Assembly (NCBI GenBank): GCA_963668355.1
Contig: OY764265.1
Location: 928,001-992,000, forward strand
DNA length: 64,000 bases
Direction: 5' to 3'
Source: Bdellovibrionota bacterium
GTDB lineage: Bacteria > Bdellovibrionota_G > JALEGL01 > DATDPG01
Under the pieces are notes generated by a model. The model was not told the DNA's origin. It ran no database searches and saw only the letters and a list, made by a program, of their open reading frames with translations. Both the position numbers and the translations under genes were made by a program. Positions within the stretch are counted from its first letter, which is position 1. Each line of letters opens with the position of its first letter. Below, in pieces: positions 58,975 through 64,000 of this stretch.

Positions 58975-61499
58975 TCGAGCAACAAGTAATGCCGAGCGGC
59001 CTCTTGGATCTCCTCGGCTGAGACCCCACGTATCCGTTCCGGATAGTCTTCTAAATCTTTTTCGTTCTGAAAAAGCTCACCGGAAGCGAGGTAGGCAGCC
59101 TGAGAAATGCTTCTTTGCAACTCCAACTCATAAATTCCTGCCAAATAGTTTTTCACTCGGCTTAGCTCAGCATCCGAAACTTCCTCCGTTTTTAAGCGTT
59201 GGAGCTGTTCTCGAACCTCTCGATAGGCTTCCTGGGCATACTCTGGAGTTGTATTCAAACCAATCTGTAAACACCCCGTGTCCCAGCCACACAGCAGCGT
59301 GCAGTCTACGGAGTAAACCAAACCTCTCTCCTCACGAAGCCCGTCATATAAACGACCTCCGCCGGAGCTGGATAAAATGGCAGACAAAACTTCTGCTGCA
59401 TATCGATCCGAGGCCAAACGTGAGGGCCCCAAAAAACCATAGTTGAGATACGTCTTCTCCCCATGAATGGGACGCTTCAACTCCTTGATCTGCTGAAGTT
59501 GAATATCGGCAGGATCGAAAGAAAAAGTTCTTTCCCGATTCTCTAAATCTCCAAACAATTCCTGAATGCGATCTTTCAACTCCTCAACGTCGTGATCTCC
59601 TGAAATGCCCAAAACCAGGCTTCGCGGCTGAAGGATAAACTGCTGTCGTTCTCTGAGTTTTTCGGCATTTAAGTCTTTCAAAGAGGATTCTTGCCCGAGC
59701 AGGTTGAGACCGTAGGGGTGCTCTCCAAACAGCGTCTGCTGAAAGAGTTGGGTAGCTAAAACCTCAAAATAGTCCTGTTGGATATCAAGCTCTCTCAATT
59801 GGATTTCTCGTTCCTGCTCAACCGCCTCTTGAGGAAAACGAGGAAAAAACAAGATCTCTCCAAATAATTTTAAGGCTTCAAAAAAACTGGATCGGACCGC
59901 CTCCATTCGAGCCCCTTGTGAACTCTGGCCAACAAAGCCTCCCATATCGGCCTGATGTTCCATCAAGCTCCTCATTAATGCTTCATGAGAAAGGTGTCGG
60001 GTCCCACGATCGACTGTGGATGCCATCAAATAGGAGATGCCATTGTTTTTTGAAGTTTCACTACGAAGACCACCGGGAGCCAAAGCATAAATTCCCGTTA
60101 CCGGAGATTCGGGGACTTCTCGGAACACAACTCTTAACCCGTTCTCCAAGGTCCATCGCGTGACTTTTGCGCGCTCTAGAAGTGTCGAAACCGCCCGCAC
60201 ACTTTTCTTCGTGGAACAGGCCGCCCGAATGTCTTCATCGGAGGGAAGCTTCGCATGTTGAGGCGCCAAGAAAGCAATGCTCGCCAGACTTCCTTTCAGA
60301 TAAGCTTCGGCTGCTCGCTGAACATCATCTTCAGAAACACTCAAAAGCCGTTTTCGGTACACCTCTTCCATCTCAGCGGCCCCAAAGGCGTGTTGAAAAT
60401 AGGCCAGTGTTCGCGTTCGTCCTTCCAACGTCTCAGCATTGAAAAAAATCTCTTTATCGATCAAGAGCTTGGCCCGAGCCAACTCGGCTCCCGAAACCCC
60501 CTCCTCCTTTAATTTTCGAATTTGATGGAAAATTTCCTTCAAACACGAAAGCTCAGCTCCCTCATTTAAAAGTGCTCGAATTAAGAATAAGCCCGTTTGA
60601 TTTTGGGAAAACATCTGAGAACCAATGCTCCGAACCCATTCCTTTTCCAAGCGAAGGGATTTGTACAACCTCGAGGTTTCCGCATCACCGAGAATCACAG
60701 AGAGAACATCTAAAACAGGGGTCATCTCATGTTGGACGTTCGGTGCCGGAAAGGCGATTTCCATCACGCGTTCGTGGTTTCCACGATGAATCCTGACGAT
60801 GGAGGGATTTCCGAATTTTGGTTCTTCAATTTCAAACGGTGTTTTCGAAGAATGGTTTTTCGCTTGAAAACTTTCCTCAAGAAGCGAAAGCAGCCCGCTC
60901 CAATCCACAGGACCCGCAACAGCCAAAATCATACGATGGGGTTGATACACCTTTTGGTAATAGTCTCTCAGAGCATCCAAACTGAGAGACTTAATCGTAT
61001 GTTCGTTGCCAATGACAGGTCTCCCAAAGCCATGATCCCCATATAAGGAGCCCCAAAGTTTTTCAGACAGAAGATAGTCTCCTGAATCTCTTCCCTCCGA
61101 AAGTTCCTCCAAAATAACTTTTCGTTCTTTTTCGAAGTCTTCTTCATCCAACTTCGCGCAAAGAATCATTTCCAGGACAATGCGCAAACCCTCTTCCCAA
61201 TGCCGACGAGAAACCGAAAGCTGAAAAGAGGTTTCCTCAAAAGAGGTGAATGCGTTGATCGTACCTCCAAGCTGTTCCACTTGATCATTCCAAGAGCACC
61301 ACTGAGAACCCGAGGAACCCTTGAACACCATATGCTCCATAAAATGTGAAACCCCCGACAGTGCCTCTGGCTCATGTGCGCTACCGGCTTGGAGTAAGAA
61401 ATGATAGGATACGGACAAACTCGTAGGAGAAGGTTCGTGAATGAGAGTAAAGCCATTTGAAAACACAAACGTTTGAATTTTTCGTTCACGAAGCGTCAT
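58935..61499 (-). CDS. M16 (pitrilysin-family) zinc peptidase
   Basis: HFMEHM.FKG (HxxEH), NAFTS, two peptidase halves, LRE.RGL.Y. Confidence 0.93.
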   Translation of the reverse strand: MTLRERKIQTFVFSNGFTLIHEPSPTSLSVSYHFLLQAGSAHEPEALSGVSHFMEHMVFKGSSGSQWCSWNDQVEQLGGTINAFTSFEETSFQLSVSRRHWEEGLRIVLEMILCAKLDEEDFEKERKVILEELSEGRDSGDYLLSEKLWGSLYGDHGFGRPVIGNEHTIKSLSLDALRDYYQKVYQPHRMILAVAGPVDWSGLLSLLEESFQAKNHSSKTPFEIEEPKFGNPSIVRIHRGNHERVMEIAFPAPNVQHEMTPVLDVLSVILGDAETSRLYKSLRLEKEWVRSIGSQMFSQNQTGLFLIRALLNEGAELSCLKEIFHQIRKLKEEGVSGAELARAKLLIDKEIFFNAETLEGRTRTLAYFQHAFGAAEMEEVYRKRLLSVSEDDVQRAAEAYLKGSLASIAFLAPQHAKLPSDEDIRAACSTKKSVRAVSTLLERAKVTRWTLENGLRVVFREVPESPVTGIYALAPGGLRSETSKNNGISYLMASTVDRGTRHLSHEALMRSLMEHQADMGGFVGQSSQGARMEAVRSSFFEALKLFGEILFFPRFPQEAVEQEREIQLRELDIQQDYFEVLATQLFQQTLFGEHPYGLNLLGQESSLKDLNAEKLRERQQFILQPRSLVLGISGDHDVEELKDRIQELFGDLENRERTFSFDPADIQLQQIKELKRPIHGEKTYLNYGFLGPSRLASDRYAAEVLSAILSSSGGGRLYDGLREERGLVYSVDCTLLCGWDTGCLQIGLNTTPEYAQEAYREVREQLQRLKTEEVSDAELSRVKNYLAGIYELELQRSISQAAYLASGELFQNEKDLEDYPERIRGVSAEEIQEAARHYLLLDQSALVWLSPEIN

Positions 61500-62700
61500 G
61501 AAGAGCGGCAAGCTACTCAAGAAACCCAAAACTGTAAAGACAACCCCGTCTCCCTTGGCGCTTTACGTCCATATCCCCTTTTGTCTTTCAAAATGTTCCT
61601 ACTGTGATTTTTACTCCGTCGTTGATGTCTCTGGAGACATTGTGGGTGACTACGTAAAAAGTCTCATTTCGGAGTTGTCTCTGCATGATGCATTGGGATG
61701 GCGCGACCGAGAAGTTTCATCCATTTTTTTCGGAGGAGGCACCCCCAGTCTCCTTTCGAAAAAACAACTCGCCGAAATTCTCCGGAAAATTTCAAACACC
61801 CTTCCCCTCTCCCCCCATGCGGAAATCACCTTGGAAATGAATCCGGAAACGGTGTCGGACAAACACGCTATCGCGTGGAAAGAAATGGGATTCAATCGGG
61901 CCAGCCTGGGAATTCAATCGTTTCGCTCTAGAGAACTTGAACGACTGGGGCGCATTCACTCGAAAGAGCGTTCGCTTGAAGCCTTTTTCACCTTAAGAAA
62001 AGCCGGCTTTGACAACATCAGCGTAGACCTCATGTTTGGACTGCCCAATCAAAGCCTGAAGGATTGGAAAGAAAGCCTCGCCATCCTCAATCAGCTATCT
62101 CCCGAACACGTCTCCGCCTACCAACTCACGCTAGAACCCGAAACGCCGATGGAAAGAGACTGGCAAAATCACCTGTTTCACTTGCCCTCGGAGGACCTTC
62201 AAATTGAGTACTTGGAAATCACTCGCCAAACTCTTGAAAAACAGGGTTTTAATGCTTACGAACTCTCTAATTATGCAAAACCCGGTCGCGAATGTCGTCA
62301 CAATTTGGCCTATTGGACCGGAGCCGAATATTGGGGGGTGGGATCCTCTGCCCATTCGTTTCAGTGGAGGAATCAACCCCCTCTTCGATTCTGGCATCCC
62401 AAAGACCTTCACACCTATATTTTGTCCTTGAAGGAAGGGCAGCTCCCCCCGCTGGAGAAAGAAAGCTTGAGTCCCGAAATCCTTGGGTTCGATTGGCTCA
62501 CCACAGGCCTTCGCCTAGAAAAGGGGATTGATTTCAGTGGGTTAGATAAAAACCCCCAAGTCCACTTTTCGCCCGAGACCCGCCAAAAAATCAAAGAATT
62601 TATCGGAAGCGGACATTTGACGGAATCCGCTGGGTGCCTATCCTTCACCTCGTCTGGCCGGTGGGTGGCAAATGAAATCTTTCGAGAACTGCTCCCGTGA
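61498..62700 (+). CDS. hemW: radical SAM heme chaperone HemW
   Basis: YVHIPFC..KC.YCDF, FFGGGTPS, YE.SNYA, HN..YW. Start uncertain. Confidence 0.93.
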   Translation: MKSGKLLKKPKTVKTTPSPLALYVHIPFCLSKCSYCDFYSVVDVSGDIVGDYVKSLISELSLHDALGWRDREVSSIFFGGGTPSLLSKKQLAEILRKISNTLPLSPHAEITLEMNPETVSDKHAIAWKEMGFNRASLGIQSFRSRELERLGRIHSKERSLEAFFTLRKAGFDNISVDLMFGLPNQSLKDWKESLAILNQLSPEHVSAYQLTLEPETPMERDWQNHLFHLPSEDLQIEYLEITRQTLEKQGFNAYELSNYAKPGRECRHNLAYWTGAEYWGVGSSAHSFQWRNQPPLRFWHPKDLHTYILSLKEGQLPPLEKESLSPEILGFDWLTTGLRLEKGIDFSGLDKNPQVHFSPETRQKIKEFIGSGHLTESAGCLSFTSSGRWVANEIFRELLP

Positions 62701-62742
62701 GGGTGGACATTTCAGATGCTTTTCGGCACTAAGAGATGAAGA

Positions 62743-63777
62743 ATGAACAATCTTTCGACCCGACAACAGGAAATTCTGTATTCCGTGATCAAGGACTATA
62801 TTGCGTCCGCGGAACCGGTCGGATCAGCCCAAGTGGCTAAAAAGAAAGAAGTTTCTCTGAGCTCGGCCACGATAAGGAACGTGATGGCCGAGTTGGAAGA
62901 CCTGGGGTACCTTCGGCGGGCCCACGCCTCGTCCGGACGAATTCCCACAGACCAGGCCTATCGTTACTACGTGGATCGGCTCATGCATCCCCCCCCTCTT
63001 TCGGTCCCCGAGAAGAAGAAAGTGCATGAAGGACTTTATAAGGGCTTGGTTTCCATGCAAGACGTGATTCGAGAGGCTTGCCATTTCATTTCCGACCAAG
63101 TGTCTCAGCCTGGAGTCGCCGTTTCGCCCTCATCCGAGGAGAGGAGTTTGAAACAAGTCCAGTTTTTGAGCTTGGCCAAAAACACGGTCATCGGTGTCCT
63201 TGTGTTTTCCACCGGCGTTGTGGAAACAAAGGTCCTCCAATTGGACCGCCCCATGAAACAAAAGGATTTGGAACGAATCCAGAAATATCTAAATGAACGT
63301 CTTTCCGGAAAGACGGTGGCTCAAGTGCGGAAAGAAATGCTTTTGGAAATGAAACAGGCCCAGAACCATTATGATGATTTACTCAATCGCGCACTCCTTT
63401 TAAGTGAGCAAGCGTTCTCGGATACCGGGCCCAGCGTTCTCATTGAAGGACAAAGCTATCTCTGCTCGGACCCTGAATTTTCGGACTTAAGCACCATGCA
63501 GCGAATTTTGAGAACGTTGGAAGAAAAAACCGAGATGGTTAAAATTCTCGACCAATCCCTTCGAAGTCCTGGAATTCACATTTTCATTGGGGAGGAATTG
63601 CTTCTTCCCGAAATTAATGGAATGAGCCTCATCACTTCCGTATATAATGACAAAGACGGAAGTCGAGGGCTCCTTGGGGTTCTCGGCCCCACACGGATGA
63701 ACTATGCTCGAATCGTGCCTTTATTGAATTTTACGTCTCAAATCGTGACCCAAGTGCTACATGAGGAAGCCAAATGA
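62743..63777 (+). CDS. hrcA: heat-inducible transcription repressor
   Basis: EPVGS, SSATIRNVMA.LE..G, SSGRIPT..YR.YVD, GPTRM.Y. Confidence 0.96.
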   Translation: MNNLSTRQQEILYSVIKDYIASAEPVGSAQVAKKKEVSLSSATIRNVMAELEDLGYLRRAHASSGRIPTDQAYRYYVDRLMHPPPLSVPEKKKVHEGLYKGLVSMQDVIREACHFISDQVSQPGVAVSPSSEERSLKQVQFLSLAKNTVIGVLVFSTGVVETKVLQLDRPMKQKDLERIQKYLNERLSGKTVAQVRKEMLLEMKQAQNHYDDLLNRALLLSEQAFSDTGPSVLIEGQSYLCSDPEFSDLSTMQRILRTLEEKTEMVKILDQSLRSPGIHIFIGEELLLPEINGMSLITSVYNDKDGSRGLLGVLGPTRMNYARIVPLLNFTSQIVTQVLHEEAK

Positions 63778-64000
63778 CAAAGAAAAACCCACAAATGGAA
63801 ATTGACCCAAGTTTGATTGAAGAAGCCTTGGAAAGTGTCGGAAAAAGCGAAGAAAAAAAAGATTCAAAGAGCCCCGCGAAGGAAGATCGAACCGATGAAA
63901 CGCCTTCAGAAAAGGGGGAGTTCTATGACCGCCTGGTGAGAGTGACTGCCGATTTCGAGAACTTCCGCAAACGCGTTCAGCGCGAGCGAGTAGAGTACGT
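63774..64000 (+). CDS. grpE: nucleotide exchange factor GrpE (runs off the window; not in the ORF track)
   Basis: ATGA overlap with hrcA; translates to ...YDRLVRVTADFENFRKRVQRER. Confidence 0.92.
   Translation, partial: MTKKNPQMEIDPSLIEEALESVGKSEEKKDSKSPAKEDRTDETPSEKGEFYDRLVRVTADFENFRKRVQRERVEY

Overview
64 kb of chromosome from a roughly mid-GC Gram-negative bacterium. Gene content (Agl/Glt-type motor, PilZ/DUF4388/FHA proteins, DUF507 pair, three-subunit SdhCAB, RNase J, HrcA) suggests a Deltaproteobacteria-sensu-lato lineage such as Bdellovibrionota or Myxococcota relatives; this is inference. Most of it is housekeeping: tsaB, lepB, sdhCAB, mutY, tRNA-Leu(GAG), bamD, alaS, pilT, recA, cinA, pgpA, ruvX, mltG, rimO, cobB, lolA, ftsK, rnj, mscS, oppDF, rsmE, hemW, hrcA, grpE. 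No transposase, integrase, CRISPR or phage gene was seen. Four things stand out. (1) A compact Agl-Glt-like envelope machine (12.6-25.4 kb): an AglRQS-type motor, the cell-wall enzymes NagZ and DacB, a single 1868-aa TPR protein that looks like a GltC/D/E fusion, GltF- and GltG-like genes and a type IV pilin, next to an FHA-protein cluster. (2) A family of structured non-coding elements (7.15 kb, and two nested units at 12.2 and 12.3 kb) with conserved internal motifs, exchangeable stems and a compensatory base change. (3) Three orphan lipoprotein genes, each behind a sigma54 -24/-12 box and an IHF-like site. (4) A recurring -10 hexamer 6-7 nt before the start codon without a usable SD, suggesting frequent leaderless mRNAs, including a candidate bidirectional promoter between rimO and cobB. 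All assignments are by eye from motifs; no database search was run.
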